This document shows, one piece after another, positions 36,433 to 51,733 of a stretch of DNA of 64,000 nucleotides (its first letter is position 1; each line of letters opens with the position of its first letter). Made by a program: the position numbers and the translations under genes. Source of the stretch: the human T2T-CHM13v2.0 reference genome, Homo sapiens; assembly GCF_009914755.1 (NCBI RefSeq), contig NC_060927.1. The stretch is one strand, 5' to 3'. The notes beneath the pieces were generated by a model. It was given only the letters and a program-made list of their open reading frames with translations. It did no database searches and was not told the DNA's origin.

Positions 36433-39355
36433 GCTATAAATATGTGGAACTATTTCTTGGTTCTCTATTTGTTCTATTGGTCTGTAAGTCTATTTTTCAT
36501 CCAGTACCATGCTATTTTGGGTACAATAGCCTTATAAAATATTTTAAAGTTGTAAAAATATTGTAAAATATTAAAAAAATCTAAATATTTTCAATATTAT
36601 AGTCATGTAAAATATTTTAAAGGCAAATATGTAAAGCCTCCAGATTTGTTCTTTTTCCTTAAGATTAATCTTACAACTTTTATTACATTTGCAGTGTGTG
36701 TGTAAAAAATGACATTGGCATTTTGAAAGGGAATGTATTTAATCTGTACATCGCTTTGGGTGGTATGACCATTTTAGCAATTGTAATTATTCTGGTTCAT
36801 GATAATGAGATGTTTTTCTATTTGTTTGTGTCATCTTCCATTTCTAATTTTGTAGTTTTTCTTGTAGAGAACTTTCACCTTCTTGGTTCAGCTTTTTCCT
36901 ATGTATTTTCTTTTTGTAGCTTCTATAAATAAAATTGACTTTTTGAATTCTTTTTCAGCTATTTAATTATCAGCATATAGAAATAATACAGACTTTTGTA
37001 TATTACTTTTGTATTCTGCAAATTTACTTAATTTGTCTTTCAGACCTAAATTCTTTGGTGTAGTCTTTAGATTTTTCCTGATATCAGATCATGTCATCTG
37101 CAAATAGAGATATTTTGATTTTCTCTTTTCCAATTTGGATGCCTTTTACTATATTTCTTTCTTTTGTCTGATTTCTCTGGATAGACCTTCAGTACTATGT
37201 TAAATAGGAATAGTGGAAGTGGCCATCCTTGCCTTATTTCAGTTCTTAAAGTAAAGACTCTGTTTCTCTTCATTCAGTATGACGTCAGCTATAGGTTTGC
37301 CATACACAGCCTTTATTATGTTGCAGTATGTTCCTTCTATGCCTAGTTTGTTGAGAGTTTTTTAACATGAAGAAATTTTGAATGTTATCAGATGCTTTTA
37401 GTGTATCTCTTTGGATGATCATATGGTTTTTGTCCTTCATTCTGTCAATGTAATATATCGCATTTATTGATTTGTGCATGTTGACATTGCTACATCCTTG
37501 GGATAAATCCTACTTGATCATTATGTTTTATATTTCTGATGTGCTGGCTGTTGTATTCAGTTTGCTAGTATTCTACTGATAATTGTTGTTCCTATGTTCA
37601 TCAGCGTTCTTGGTGTATATTTTTTGCTATTGTGTTTGTGTCTGATTTTGGTGCCAGGATAATGCTGGCCTTGTAGAAGTGAGGCAGAATTCCCTCTTTT
37701 TTAATTTTATGGAATAATTTAAGGAGAACTGGTGTTAGTTCTTCTTGATAAGTTTGCTAACTTTTGACAGCGAAGTCATCTGGTCCTGGGCTTTTCCTTT
37801 TGAGGATACTTTTTATTATTGATTCAATCTTCTTACTTGTTATTAGTCTGTTCAGGTTTCCTACTGCTTCCTGATTCAATCTTCCTACATTGTATATGTA
37901 CATACTGTATTCATCCCCTCTAGGGTTTCCAGTTTGTTAGCATATAGTTATTCGCAATAGTCTCTGATGGTCTCTTATATTTCTGTGGTGTCAGTTCTGT
38001 TTCTAATTTTGTTTATTTGGGTCTTCTCTGTTTTCTTTGTTAGTCTAACTGGTATCAATTTTCTTGATCTTTTCAAGAAATCAACTTGCCATTTTGATGA
38101 TCCTTTGTAATCTTTAGTATCTCATTTATTTCTGATACAAACTTTATTATTTTTTCTACTGAGTTTCATTTTGGTTTGTTCTTGCTTTTCTAGTTCCTTC
38201 AAATTCATCATTAAATGGTTAATTGAAATTTTTCTACGTTTTTGACATAGGCATTTATTGCTATAAACTTGCCTAATAACCCTGTTTTCACTGAATTACA
38301 TGGGTTTTGAGATGTTGTATTATTTTCTTTTTCATTTCTGTTAAGGATTTTTTTGATTCTCATCTTAATTTCTTCATTGACCCAGTGGTTATTCAGGAGC
38401 ATGTTATTTAATTTTCATGTACTTGTAAAGTTTCCGAAGTTTCTCTTGTCATTGGTTGCCAGTTTTATTTCACTGTGGTCTGAAAAAATACTCAATATAA
38501 TTTTGATTTTAAAAATTGTTGAGACTTGCTTGTAGACAAATATGTGATCTGTCCTGGAGTATGTTCCACGAGATATTGAGAAAAAACGGGTATTCTGCAG
38601 CTTTTGGATACAATGTTCTACAGACATATTTTAGGTTCATTTGTTCTAAAGGGAAATTTAAGTTCAATTTTGTTATTGTTGTTAATGTTCTGTGTAGATA
38701 CTGCTGAGACTGGGAAGTTAAAATTTCTAGCTATTATTGTATTGTAGTCTATCACTACCTTTAGATATACTAATATTTACTTTATATATATAGATGCTTT
38801 GGTGTTTGGTGCATATACATTTATGATTATTTATCTGCCTGCTGAATTGATTCCTTTATCATTATATAATGAACTTCTTTGTCTCTTCCTACATTTTTTG
38901 ACTTAAAATCTGTTTTATCTGATATAAGCATAGCTACTCATGCTAGTTTTTTGTTTCCATTCTTTTACTTTTAGTCTGTATGTATATTTACAGGTGAAGT
39001 GAGTTTTTTTGTATATGGGATATAATTGGAATATATTTTTCTATTCATTCACCCAGGTTTTATCTTTTAAGTGAAAAGTTTAATCTACTAACATTAAAGA
39101 CTGTTATTGATATGTGAAGACTTATTCCTGTCACTTCGTTAATTGTTTTCTGGTTGTTTTGTATCTATTTTGTTCCTTTATGTCACTCCTGTTGCTTATG
39201 ATTGTGGTTTCATGGTTTTCTGTAGTGGCGACACTTGAGTATTTTATCTTCCTCATTTGTGTATTTACCAGTGAGTTTTATCTTTTTTGTGTATTTCATG
39301 ATGGTGGATATTGCCCTTTTTGCAGGCGTAGGATACCCTTAAGCATTTCTTTTAG

Positions 39356-39777
<422 letters not shown>

Positions 39778-40227
39778 CAGCATTCTTGAATGGCAGGTTT
39801 TTTTTCTTTCAACTCTTTGAATATATCATCCCATTCTCTCCTGGCCTGTAAGGTGTGTGCTAAGAAATCTACTGTTGGCCTGATTGGGATTCCCTTATAT
39901 GTGACTAGATGCTTTTCTATTACTGTTTTTTAATTAATATTATTATTATTTATTTTAGTTTAGTTTAGTTTTACTTTTGATGGATTGACTATAATGTGCA
40001 GTAGAGCAGAACTTTTTGGGTTGTATCTATTTGGGGATCTCTGAGCTTCCCCTATCTGGATATATAAATCTCTTGTTCAACTTGTAAAATGTTCCACTAC
40101 TATTTTTTACTTAAATTATCTATGCCTTTGGGCTTATTGAACCTTCTGAAATACCCAGTATTCATATATTTCATCAATTATGGTGCCCCATGTTTCACAT
40201 AGACTTTGCTTATTCTTTTTTATTATT

Positions 40228-40254
40228 TGTGTGTGTGTGTGTGTGTGTGTGTGT
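40228..40254. repeat. (TG)n microsatellite
   Basis: TG run inside the L1; a second interrupted run lies at ~40586-40613. Confidence 0.9.
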
Positions 40255-42580
40255 CTGACAGAATTATTTCAAAAGACCTGTCTTCAAGTTCAGAAATTCA
40301 TTGTTTACTTGATCTACTTTATTATTGAAACTCTCAAATGAATTTTTAATTTATTTCATTGAAATCTTCAGTTCCAAGATTTCTGTCTGATTCTCTTTTA
40401 AATATCTGTTATATTGGTAAAATTTTTATTTATATCTTGAATCATTTATCTGTATTTTTTGATCTTTTATAATAACACTATTTTAAATTTTTGTGGCATT
40501 TTATTAATTTCTTTGTCATTGAAATCTGTTGCTGAAGAATTCTTGTGTTCTTTTAGAGGTGTCATATTTCCTTTCTTTTTTTTCCTGTGTGTGTGTGTGT
40601 GTGTATGTGTGTGCATCCTTACATTTATATCTGTTCATCTGGTGCAATAGCCACTTCTTCCAAGTTTTTGTATTGGCTTTCATAGGGGCAGACTTTTTCC
40701 TAAAGATGTATCTTTGATGTTGGTTGGATTGGGCACTTTAGCTTTGATTTGGGGTAGGTGCAGAAGTACCGTCTCCATATGATTTCTTCAGCTATAAACA
40801 GCATCAGTGATGCCCTTGATTTTCTCTGCAGTTAGGATACCATTGTTAGTGGAGGCTGTGGTGAGGTGCTATTGGGAAGGCAACACCAGATGGGCCAGTT
40901 CTCAGGCCCCAGTGGTGGCAATGGTGAGCTGAGCATGCTTATCTTTGGGCCTGGGGGCAGCATATGCAGGAACTGGTGCTAGGTGGTCAAACTGGGCCAG
41001 ATTTTAGGCCTCCAAGTGACTTGCTTGGGTGCTGGCAGGAGCAGCAGTGGGCTGGGTGTGTGGGTAGATCCTTAGCACGCTGAGCAGTGCACAGGGTCTA
41101 AGTGATGACTGTAGCAATGACGCAACAACCCTGGAGCTCCCAGGCAGCACGTGTTTGTGTTAGTATTGGCTGTGATGAGCTGGGTGAGCCACTTCCTAGG
41201 TCCCCACATGGTGTGTGTGGGTATGAGCCAGCTATAATGGTAGCAACGCCCAGTAGCAGAGACTTATCCTCAGCAGGGTAGGCTTATCCTCAAACCCCTG
41301 AGAGGAATGCACTGATGCCAACAGTGGTGGACAGGGTGGGGCCATCTCCAGGCATGCTTAGCATTGAAGGAGTGATGCCAAGCCCAGCAGATATGTCCTC
41401 AGGGGCCCCAGAGGTGCACATGGGCACAGGTTGTGGTGCACAGGGTGAAGTGTTCTCCAGGTCCCTGGAAAAGTGCTAGTGTAACAGCAGCAGTGGTGAT
41501 GTGAGCGGGATAGCCCATCCTTGATGTATGTGTAAGCTCACTCTGTCCCTGCTGCTGAGTGAGAATGGATTTCCGTCAGTGGTAACAGCCTCAAGGAGGT
41601 GGCTCTCAAACTCTCTGAAGAGCACACACTTTGGACCACAGTGGCAATGGCTGTAACAGTGAGCAGGGAGAACCAGTTCTCAGGACACATACAAGGGTGT
41701 GGTACCTGTAATAGCAGGAGGCAGGGTCACTGGCAGTGGTGCTTACTTTAGCCATTGGCACTGGCAGCAGTGGAGGCTGTGAGCAAGGAGAATCTGTCCT
41801 CAGTACACACGCAAGTGCACTGTGGCTCTGCTTCTGGCAGGAACAGAGTTGCTGTAAGTTGCAGTGGCCCCAGGTAGGCAGGTTTCATGCTCTATGGAGC
41901 GTACACCTTGGCTCCCTTAGTCCCAGGTGCAGCCTCCTTGGTGCACTGTTACACATTCCCTGGAGTGCAGGAGACTGCATGTGCTAGAGTGCTGAGGACC
42001 CTGCTGCTCCACTGAGTCCAACTAGTATTATGCTGCTGCTGCTCTATGGATAGATGCAGGGGGATGTCAGTGGTGCTCCAGGGATGTGAAAATACAGGGG
42101 CTATTGGGCCCCTGGGCAGAATGCAGTCTTGTGGGATTCAGGCTTTCAAAATGGCACTGTGATGTGATTCCTCAGGACTTGGGGCACAGGGACTCACCAT
42201 GCATTTCTTCTCTTGAACGGTACCACAACACCGACGTCAGGAAGCTTCCTTTGTGAATCTCAGTGCCCACAAGAGTAAAGGGGTTTTTCTGTGGCTAGGG
42301 TTACAGGGGTTCATGCTGGGAATGTGGACCACTAGAGATCTCTCATTTACTATTTCCCTATACTGAGTGGTTCTTCAGGCTTTCAGCAGATCCTGGCTGA
42401 GTCAGCTGCCTCACTTCCCTCTTCCATGACTCTGAGATTGTCTGTCTCTTCTTTATTGAATTCCCGTGTTATGTTTTAGATGCTGTATGCAAAATGTGCT
42501 TACCTTCTGGCTATTTCGGTTCTTCTTTGTGGAGTAAGTGAGTGCTAGATGTCTTTAGTCAGCCATCTTGAAGTCCTCTC

Positions 42581-43258
42581 CCAATATCAAATTTCGGTTC
42601 TGTGAGCCCAAATCAGGAAAAACAACAACAAAAGTCCAGTAGCAATTAGGACATCTCATACTCAGATCTTGTTTTCTAACAGTCATCTCCAATAAAAAGA
42701 AGCAGGTTGCTGTAGAAATGTCTGAGTGTATGACTGAGGCAGGAAATGTACAAGATGGGCCTGGTGTGTTACGTAATGCTGGAAAGGAAGAAAGTGCCCA
42801 AACACTCACACACAAACATATACACACTCTCACATACACCCACACCACGCACACAATTGATAGAAAGGTATGTCAAAGAATTATAAAGGAGCCAACTAAA
42901 TGAGCATTAATATTCAGACAAAGCCAAATAGTTTGAGCAATTCAAAAATATTGTAACACAAAGTATAAAATAAATTCTTATGAACACACATAGCTCGTCA
43001 ATAAATGATCAAATAAATTAACAAATTGGGAAAAACAGACGAATCTTTGATAAGGAAGCATTCCAAATACTTTATGTAGGGACTCTTTCCTCAAGGTGGG
43101 AGAGTGTAACTCTCCTCACCACCCCTTAGGTGTGGGTGGGGCAGAGTGACTTCCAAGTGTACCCTGTGGAAGGCAGAGAGGGAGTAAGGAAGGGAGAGAG
43201 TAACTTTACATTGCAGACACCTCGCCAGTGCTTAGGGCCAACAAGAAGTCATAAATCC
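42581..43258 (+). mobile_element. L1MC3-like 3'UTR, inverted segment part 2
   Basis: CCAGTAGCAAT...CAGATCTTGTTTTCTAA...GGCAGGAAATGTACAAGATG...GAGTAACTTTACA; continues 34490-34732. Confidence 0.8.
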
Positions 43259-43317
43259 TTTGCTATTCTGAATTGGTTAGTCTACCAACATGCAATAGTA
43301 TATAAAAGTTGTTGTCG

Positions 43318-43662
43318 GGCCAGACATGGTTGCTCAAGCCTGTAATCCCAGCACTTTTGGAGGCCAAGGCAGGTGGATAACTTGAGTCCAGGAGTTGAAG
43401 ACCAGCCTGGGCAACAAGGCACGAATCTATCTTTACAAAAAATACATAAATTAGCTGGGTGTGTTTGTGTGTGCCTGTAGTCCCAGCTGCTAGGGAGGTT
43501 GAGTGGGAGGATTGTTTGCTCCCAGGAGATGGAGGCTGTAGTAAGCAGTGATCGTGCCACTGCACTACAGCCTGACTGACAGAAAGAGACCCTGTCTCTA
43601 AATAAATAAATAAATAAATAATAAAATAAATAAATAAATAATAAAATAAAATAAAATAAAAA
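43318..43662 (+). mobile_element. AluJ (Jo/Jr-like) with (TAAA)n/(TAAAA)n tail
   Basis: GGGAGGATTG...GAGGCTGTAGT J diagnostics. Confidence 0.93.
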
Positions 43663-45469
43663 TTTTGTGAACGTGGTGACAATATTGTTGGCAGGCTTAG
43701 ACACCAGATAAACCAAGGCATTAGAACTGAGAATGGATGCCTGAAAGGATTTTATAAAATGGTTGTATTTTAAGGTGCTGTCTTGCTAGAGATTTTGCCA
43801 ATATTGGGGAGTATCCTGGGGAATCAAACATAATTCATGGAATCTGAAATTTATTTTCCAAAAATTAGTAATTTGTAGTTACCTAAAATTATAAAAATTT
43901 ACAACAGTAATTTTGAAGCAAATATAAAGGTTATATGCAAATGGTTTTCTTCATTGTAACTTTACCTTATTATTTTAGTACTGTGTAAATTTAGTGGTTA
44001 ATAAATTGCCTAGCATCTATAGATATTTAATAAATAATGTTTCATTTTATTTGATTATAACTTAATAGTCAGGAACAGTGCTTTAAAATGGTTCTTCACT
44101 TTGGCATATTATTTTCTGCCCTTTGAAAATGGAGATTTATGTATATGACAATTGCATAATTTTAAATGATACTTATGTTGATGAAAACCCAGCTGGTTTT
44201 GTAGAAGAAATAAAAGGAAAAATTATCTTCTTTACCAATTAAAAATCAAGGAGAATAAGAATTTTAATAAGCCTCCTGGGAGACTTGTCTTTTGTATCTT
44301 TGATAAATACATGATTATAAGGACAAATTATATGAGTAGCAATAATTTCCCAGTAATGTGATCATTAAAAGACCTCTCGACTGTAATATATCAGTATTAA
44401 TTGGGGACAGATGATCATTTTAGTGACATCTTCAAGTCATTATCCATATTTCAATACTTCATGAATGCCTGAATATTCCTAATGAAGTGATTATTTTTTT
44501 AAAGATTTTCAGTGCAATGATCTTAATAAGGTTGTTTATTTTAAAACTAGAAAAAAGTAAAAGAATAGAATTAGACATTGCTAATTAAGACTATTTGAGA
44601 AAGACATTTGAGGAAAGTGCACCAAATATTAACTTTTGGTTATTTTGGATATGAAAAGATTTTAGCATTTACCAAAATTATGCTATGTACCATCAGTTAC
44701 ATTATATAAGCAAAAACAAAATATAACAATGTGTGTGTTCTGAATCAGTGATCCACATTTTAGGACATAATTTGTTAAATATGATATTCAAATAAATATT
44801 AAAAATGAAAAACACAGTACCTCCAAAAAATCCCTCCCCAAATCTTATATTTGTTAATGACTATTCCTTCTTGCTTATCTAATTTGTTTACTTCCTGTGA
44901 GTATATTTTCCCAACTGTGAAACGACAGCTACAGTATTTCTACTATTGGAAGATATGCCAAAGTATGTCAAAGTTGTTCACATCTCTTTCTAAAATTGTT
45001 CATTTTATGATTTTAAATATTATATCACAATCACATCTGTTATTAACTTACCAATATGCTAAAAAATTGTTTACTAGAGATTTCATTCCTAAGTTTCAAG
45101 AAGTACTCTTTTTACTGATACATTACCGAATATTGCATAGTTTTAGAGTAAGTCCAAATTTTTGAAAGTATATTTTGCTTCTTTTCTCTCACAAAACCAT
45201 TTTTTTTTTGCGTTTTTAACAGTCCATGACCTCTCCATTGGCTTTTTATCTCTTTCTTCTGATTCTCAGCCTAATTCTCTAACTTTTTAATTTCTAATTT
45301 GAAATATTTATCTTTCTTACTTGAAATTCTTAAATATGAAGTTTATGTAAGTTCTGTTATCTTATTTTTCATTCAATCACTAGTAATCTTATAATCTTAT
45401 TTTCATATTCATTCATTTTCAAATCTCTAAAGAATGTTTCCTCTGTCTTAAGCTTCTGTTGCTGTTTTA

Positions 45470-45655
45470 AATGTTTTATGTATATTATCTCATTTAATGT
45501 CCTAAAAAGTTTTGACTAGTTATATTATTATTCTCTACTTTGGATAAGCAAATAGAGACAAAAGAAAGTTAAATAACTTGCTCAATGTCACACAGAAAAA
45601 TGGTAGAGCTAGTGCCAGAGTTTCAACCAAAGCAGTGGTACTACAGTTCTACTAT
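45470..45655 (-). mobile_element. MIR
   Basis: ATCTCATTTAAT...AAGTTAAATAACTTGCTCAATGTCACACAG. Confidence 0.8.
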
Positions 45656-45719
45656 TGCATAGATTTATTCTGTGCAAGGTGTTTATCAAATCCAGTATTT
45701 TCAAAGAAAATAGATTTTC

Positions 45720-47150
45720 TACTAGTTACTCACCCATTCTCTCAAACTGCAAGAATTATTATTCTCTTCCTTTATTATCCACATGTTCATTAGATTATAT
45801 CATTTCACATTCACAGATGACTTTCACATCTAACTTCTCTATTTTCACCTCCTCTGCCTTAATGTTGGACCTTTCCATTCATTATTTTTGCAGTTCAATC
45901 TCTATCATCAGCCTACTCTCCTGTTCCATTTCAAATTAGTAGACAACACAGCTTGCATTGTCTTACCAGAAGATAAAATTGGTCATGTCAATGTATTCCT
46001 AACTGTTCAAACTATATCATTCAGATGACAGCATTTTAAATAATATTTTTATGCCATAAACTGGCAACCCGAATGATGAGAGGATATGACCAGTCTACTA
46101 TGCAAGTCCTAGTGGTGCACTAAGAAACTAAACAGATACATTTAACTGCAGCACTCACAATGGAATATTTTATATGATAATTAGATAGAACCTTTATTGC
46201 TGACAGAGCCAAACCTTTATCCTGTTGGTATTCCTGGTTCCTTAGTTTTGACAGATTTCTCACTCCATAAATGCTATCTTGTTAATTTCCAGTGATAGCC
46301 TTTTTGTGAAACAAAGAAGACAATAACAGATGCCTTATAGACTCATTTGCACCCTTGACCTGGTGAATATACTTTGTATGGCTTATTAGTCTGTTATTAA
46401 ACAAATCGAGAGCAATTAAAACCAAACTTAATTCTTCAGTATTTATTCTCATCTGACTTTGAAACTGCACCAGCTTTTATGGTTTCCCACTCACAGAGTT
46501 TTAAAATCTTACTCTAGCTTAACTTTCAATAGTTATCTCATTCATGTCACTAACATATCCAACATGAAGTTCTCTACATTGTGGAGACTGAAGAAACTTT
46601 TGTTCCTCCACTTGTAATAGTCAATTCTTTGACCAATTCCATCTCATACTTTTAAAAAACCTACCAAAAATATGGTCTTCTTAATTAAACCTGCTTCCCA
46701 ACTTTCCCAAACAGTCTGTTTAACTATACTCTACATGACATTTCTTAAGACTTCTCATTCTTTGTTATAACTTGTCTTCCTCCCCTTTCTCACTTCCTCT
46801 AGTTACAGTGAGAGCTTTAAGAACAAGAATTTTGCTCATTGCTTCGTTCTATATGTTATGTCCCTTTTGTTTCATTTCTTTTATATCAGTTGTATAACAT
46901 AACGATATTACTTGATCTTTGGAGAGTTCTGTTCTGTTCCTCTATATTCCTCTTGTTTTATGACGACACCTGTGATTACCTGCATTTATAGTCATTGCTT
47001 TGTCTTATTTTCATCTCTCCACCACCCCGTCTTCACCATTAAACTAGCAAGTACTTTAAAGATGGAGATGTTTACCTTACTAATTTTTATTCCCTCTGAA
47101 GCCTCTAGCACACTATTAGGTATTTAATAGGTTCAAAATAAATATGGCTC
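45720..47150 (+). mobile_element. Discontinuous L2 fragments
   Basis: L2 3'-end motifs GTGAGAGCTTTAAGAACAAGAATTTTG and CTAGCACA...TAGGT..AAAATAAATAT; intervening sequence unresolved. Confidence 0.5.
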
Positions 47151-47234
47151 TAAAGTAATGTTTCTAAAATCAGCAAATGCTGGCTAAACAGATTGCTATC
47201 TTCATGTTTTAGGCTCTGTTAGCCTTATTATTAA

Positions 47235-47542
<308 letters not shown>

Positions 47543-47733
47543 AAGATTGAAATAATAAAAAAAAAAATGCATTTACCTTGGTGACAAAGACCAACTAAAG
47601 GCTTAATTTCACTCTGTTTGATATGTGTTTGATTAATGACAAATTAAATTGTAAATAAAATATTGTTTAATATAAGGGACACATTTAGTTTGTTTGGTAA
47701 GGTCATGTTTCCTTGGATGTTCTTTTTTAAAAA

Positions 47734-48040
47734 TTTTATTTTATTTTATTTTTTAGAGCCAGAGTCTTGTTCTATCACCCATGCTAGAGTACAGTGGCAT
47801 GATCATTGCTCACTGTAACTTTGAACTCCTAAGCAAAAGTGATCCTGTTATCTCAACCTCCTGAATAGCTAGAACTACAAGCAGGCACCAACATGCCTGA
47901 CTAACTTTTTACTTTGATTTGTTATAGAGATGGGGGTCTCTCTGTGTTGCCCAGGCTGGTCTTGAACTTTTGGCCTCATGAGTTCCCATCTTGGTCTCCA
48001 AAAGTGCTGGGATTACAGTTGTGAGCCACTGTACCCAGCA
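47734..48040 (-). mobile_element. AluJo/Jr
   Basis: GATCATTGCTCACTG, TGTTGCCCAGGCTGG; TSD-like CTTGGATGTTCTT/CTGGGTATTCTT. Confidence 0.9.
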
Positions 48041-49184
48041 CTGGGTATTCTTAATGCTTATGGATGCTCACTGATGTCCAGGAGTTGAAGAAATGGAGAT
48101 TTATTCTAGTCCTCATAGTCTGGGCTTGATTATACTCATCTTTCTTGAGAAGACTTTCCAGATATTCAAAGGAAATTGAGTGTTGTGATCTTAGTCTATA
48201 GTCACTGTAGCTACATCTGCACTAGGGTGTGATCCAAGCCCAGTATCACTGTGACTCTTGCTGATTCCTACCACGTTGGTGGACTTGATTAAGATCCGGG
48301 AAATTTCCTGAATTACCAGGCAGAGTCTTATAGTCCTGGCTCACTTTCCTCCAAATAGAAAGAGCCCGTGTCTATGTGCTTGGCTGTCTGGAGTTCCGGG
48401 AGAGGTGATGCAAGCATTCCAATGGCCACCAGAGCTAGGACTATGCTGGGTCACCTCTGAAGCCAGCGCAGTACTGGATCTTGCCCAAGGTTCAAGGGGA
48501 CTACTGCCTGGCTACCGCTGATGTTTATTCAAAGCCTACTGGCTCTTTAGTCAGCAGGTGGGCAATCCTGCTTACTGGGTCCTTTTCTTCTGGGCAGAAG
48601 ATTCTCAGGCTGGGTCTAGACTTGCCATCTATGAGTTAGCACCTGTAATAAAGAGCTTCAGAAATCTACTTGATGCTTTATTTTATTATGGCGGAGCCGG
48701 TACCCAAGTTGCAAAATAAAGTCCTCTTTCCTTACCCTTCCTTCTCTTTTCCTGAAGCAGAGAAGTCTCTCCCCAAGCTGCACTGCCTAATGTTGGGAGA
48801 ACGGTGATGCACACACCCCCTTGGCTGCCACAGCTTGTCTCTGATTGGACTCTGTGTACCCTAAGCCCCCCGGCTCCAAGCCAAGCACAACGCTAGCACT
48901 TTCCCGAGGACTGCAGTCTTTGTGGCCTGACTGCCTTTCACATTTATCTAGGACCACAGGGCACTTTAGTCAGCCGGCGGTGGAGCTAGCCAGAACTCAG
49001 TTTCTTACTGCTGGGGCAGAATATTTTCTGGCTAGGGCCTTTCTAAATGCTTCATTCATGGGCACGGGCAGGATCTTGTTTTGTGTTGTGTTCTGCTGCA
49101 GCAAGACAGCACTGAGTTCTAATGCAAAGTTTCATAATCACTTCACTCTCCCTCCCCCATGCACACAAATTCTCTCTCCACTAG

Positions 49185-49578
<394 letters not shown>

Positions 49579-49763
49579 TCTTTTCTTTATATGATTCTAA
49601 AACCAGGTACTGTAATCACTCACCTGATATTTTGTCTTTATGCAGGCATTTCTTGCACAGATTCAATTCAATTTGGTGTTCCTGTGAGGGGGATGACTAC
49701 CGAAGGGTTCTATGCATCCATCTTGCTTGGCCCCTCTAAATGCACATACTTTTCTTAAAAGTA

Positions 49764-50099
49764 CAGTTGGTTTTACATATCTGTGAGTTCCACATCTATG
49801 GGCTCAACCACCTATAGATACTACATTTTTGGGGAAAAGAAAACATTTGTACTACACATGTACAAACTATTTTATTGTCATTATTATTTAAACAATACAG
49901 CATAACAACTATTTACATAACTCTTACATTGTATTAGATATTATAAGTAATCTGAAGATTATTTAAAATATTCAGGAAGATGCACCAGGGTTATATGCAA
50001 ATACTACACAATTTTGTATTACAGACTTCAGCATCTGCAGGTTTCAATCTTCGCAGGAAGTCCTGAACCCAATTCTTTGTGGATACTGAGAGATGACTA
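49764..50099 (-). mobile_element. MER2 (TcMar-Tigger non-autonomous DNA transposon)
   Basis: TA|CAGTTGG...ATATCTGTG and GTGGATACTGAGAGATGACT terminal inverted repeats; core TATTAGATATTATAAGTAATCT...GGTTATATGCAAATACTAC. Confidence 0.85.
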
Positions 50100-50174
50100 C
50101 ATTACAAACAAAATATTCTCAAAGTAGTACTGAAAGTCAATGGTAAGCAATATGTTCAGAATATCATTAAAAGT

Positions 50175-50800
50175 CCATTTCTGTTTTCTGTTGCTACATA
50201 ACAAATTATCAAAAAAAAATTTAAAAAAACAAAACAAATGATCATAAACATGTCAAATGATCATAAACATGTCAGCTTAAGCAACACAAATTGATTAACC
50301 CCCAGTGTCTGAGTGTCAGGACTTTGAGTCTGATTATCTGCTGTCTTGCAAGGTCTTATGATCTAAGTATCTGCTGGGCTGTATTCTTTGCCGAAATTCC
50401 AGGCCTGCTTTAAAATTCCTCTTGCCGTTTCAATTTCTCGTGCTTGTAAGACTGAAGCTCCCCTTCTCTCGCTCACAGGATCTCTCAGCTTCTAGATGCT
50501 GAGAGTTCATTTTCTTGCCACATTGCCCCTCCATAGGCTCTTTCAGTCTTTGAATCTCTTCTTCAGGAGGGGATTGCACTCATCTGAGGAAGTAAGGTCC
50601 ACAGGATAAGTTACCTTTGTAATTACTGAAAGTCAGTTTCTTACAGTAACGACATCTGAAAAATCTCTTCTCCTTTATGAAGTAACCTAGTTATGGGATA
50701 GAAATTCCATCATCTTCACAAGTTTTTCCTTTATTGAGGGAATGGCATATATACCAGGGAGCCAGAATCTTTGGAACCATTTTAGAATTTTGCCTACCAT
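50175..50800 (-). mobile_element. MLT1E-like MaLR LTR
   Basis: TTGCTACATAACAAATTA...CCATTTTAGAATTTTGCCTACCATA. Confidence 0.75.
50235..50274. repeat. Perfect 19-bp tandem duplication
   Basis: CAAATGATCATAAACATGT x2. Confidence 0.95.
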
Positions 50801-51262
50801 AAATGGGTTAGCATTATAGCTTATGTTTTCTATTAACTTTTTCTATCTTAAAGCAGACATAAAATAATTGTCATGAAATGAACACATTCTTCCTATAATT
50901 ACATTTTATTTTGATATATGTTTCTTAAAGAAAGTTGAAGAGTGATGTGTTGTTATTTTTGTTTTCAAAATTCAAGATGTAATAGCACCTTGTACTTAGA
51001 ATAAATAAGATATTCTATATGAGACAATTGCACAGTCTCTTTCTTGCACAAAGAAATTATTCCACTTTTTTGTTATCTAAAACTGCCCCATCTTCATTTC
51101 TATCATCAACTATAGTTAAGAAATTGATGGTTGGTAAATTTTGAATAAGCAAATAATCTATACTGTATACACATTATATCTTAACAATACTGTAATTTTA
51201 AATTTGTTTCCTAACAAGTATTTATTTTTGACTCCACCTTAAATATTTCAGCATTTATGTGT

Positions 51263-51733
51263 GTAATGATTCATTTTATCTGTTATCTTGACTGTTAAGG
51301 GGTGCCCAGATATTTGGCTAAACATTATTTTCATGTTTGTGTCTGACGGAGTTTCTAGATCAGATTGGCAACTGAATTAATAGACTCAGTAGAGTAGATT
51401 ACCCTCCCCAGTGTGGGTGGGCGTTGACCAGTCCACTGGGGGCCTAAATGGAACAGAAATTCTGAGGAAGCACAGATTTGCTCTCTCTGCTTTACTGTTG
51501 GAGCTGCAACATCAATCTCCAGCCCTCAGACTAGAACTTACATGATTGGTGCTCCTGGGTGTTACGTCTTCAGACTTAAACTAGAACTATACCACTGGCT
51601 TTCCTAGGTCCCCAGTGTGCAGACAGCCGACCATGGGACTTCCCAGCCTGCATAATTGAATGAGCCAATTTCAAATAATATTTTTGTGTGTTTATATAAT
51701 ATATTGATTTTCCTGGAAAGCAATGAATAATAT
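51263..51733 (+). mobile_element. MLT2B-like ERVL LTR
   Basis: GGGTGCCCAGATATTTGG...CCCTCCCCAGTGTGGGTGGGC...ATGGGACTT..CAGCCT. Confidence 0.85.

Noticed and set aside
43263-43721. 152- and 144-aa ORFs
   Set aside because: Antisense translations of an AluJ and its (TAAA)n tail; the same applies to the Alu ORFs near 5.8, 23.4, 39.5, 49.3 and 59 kb.
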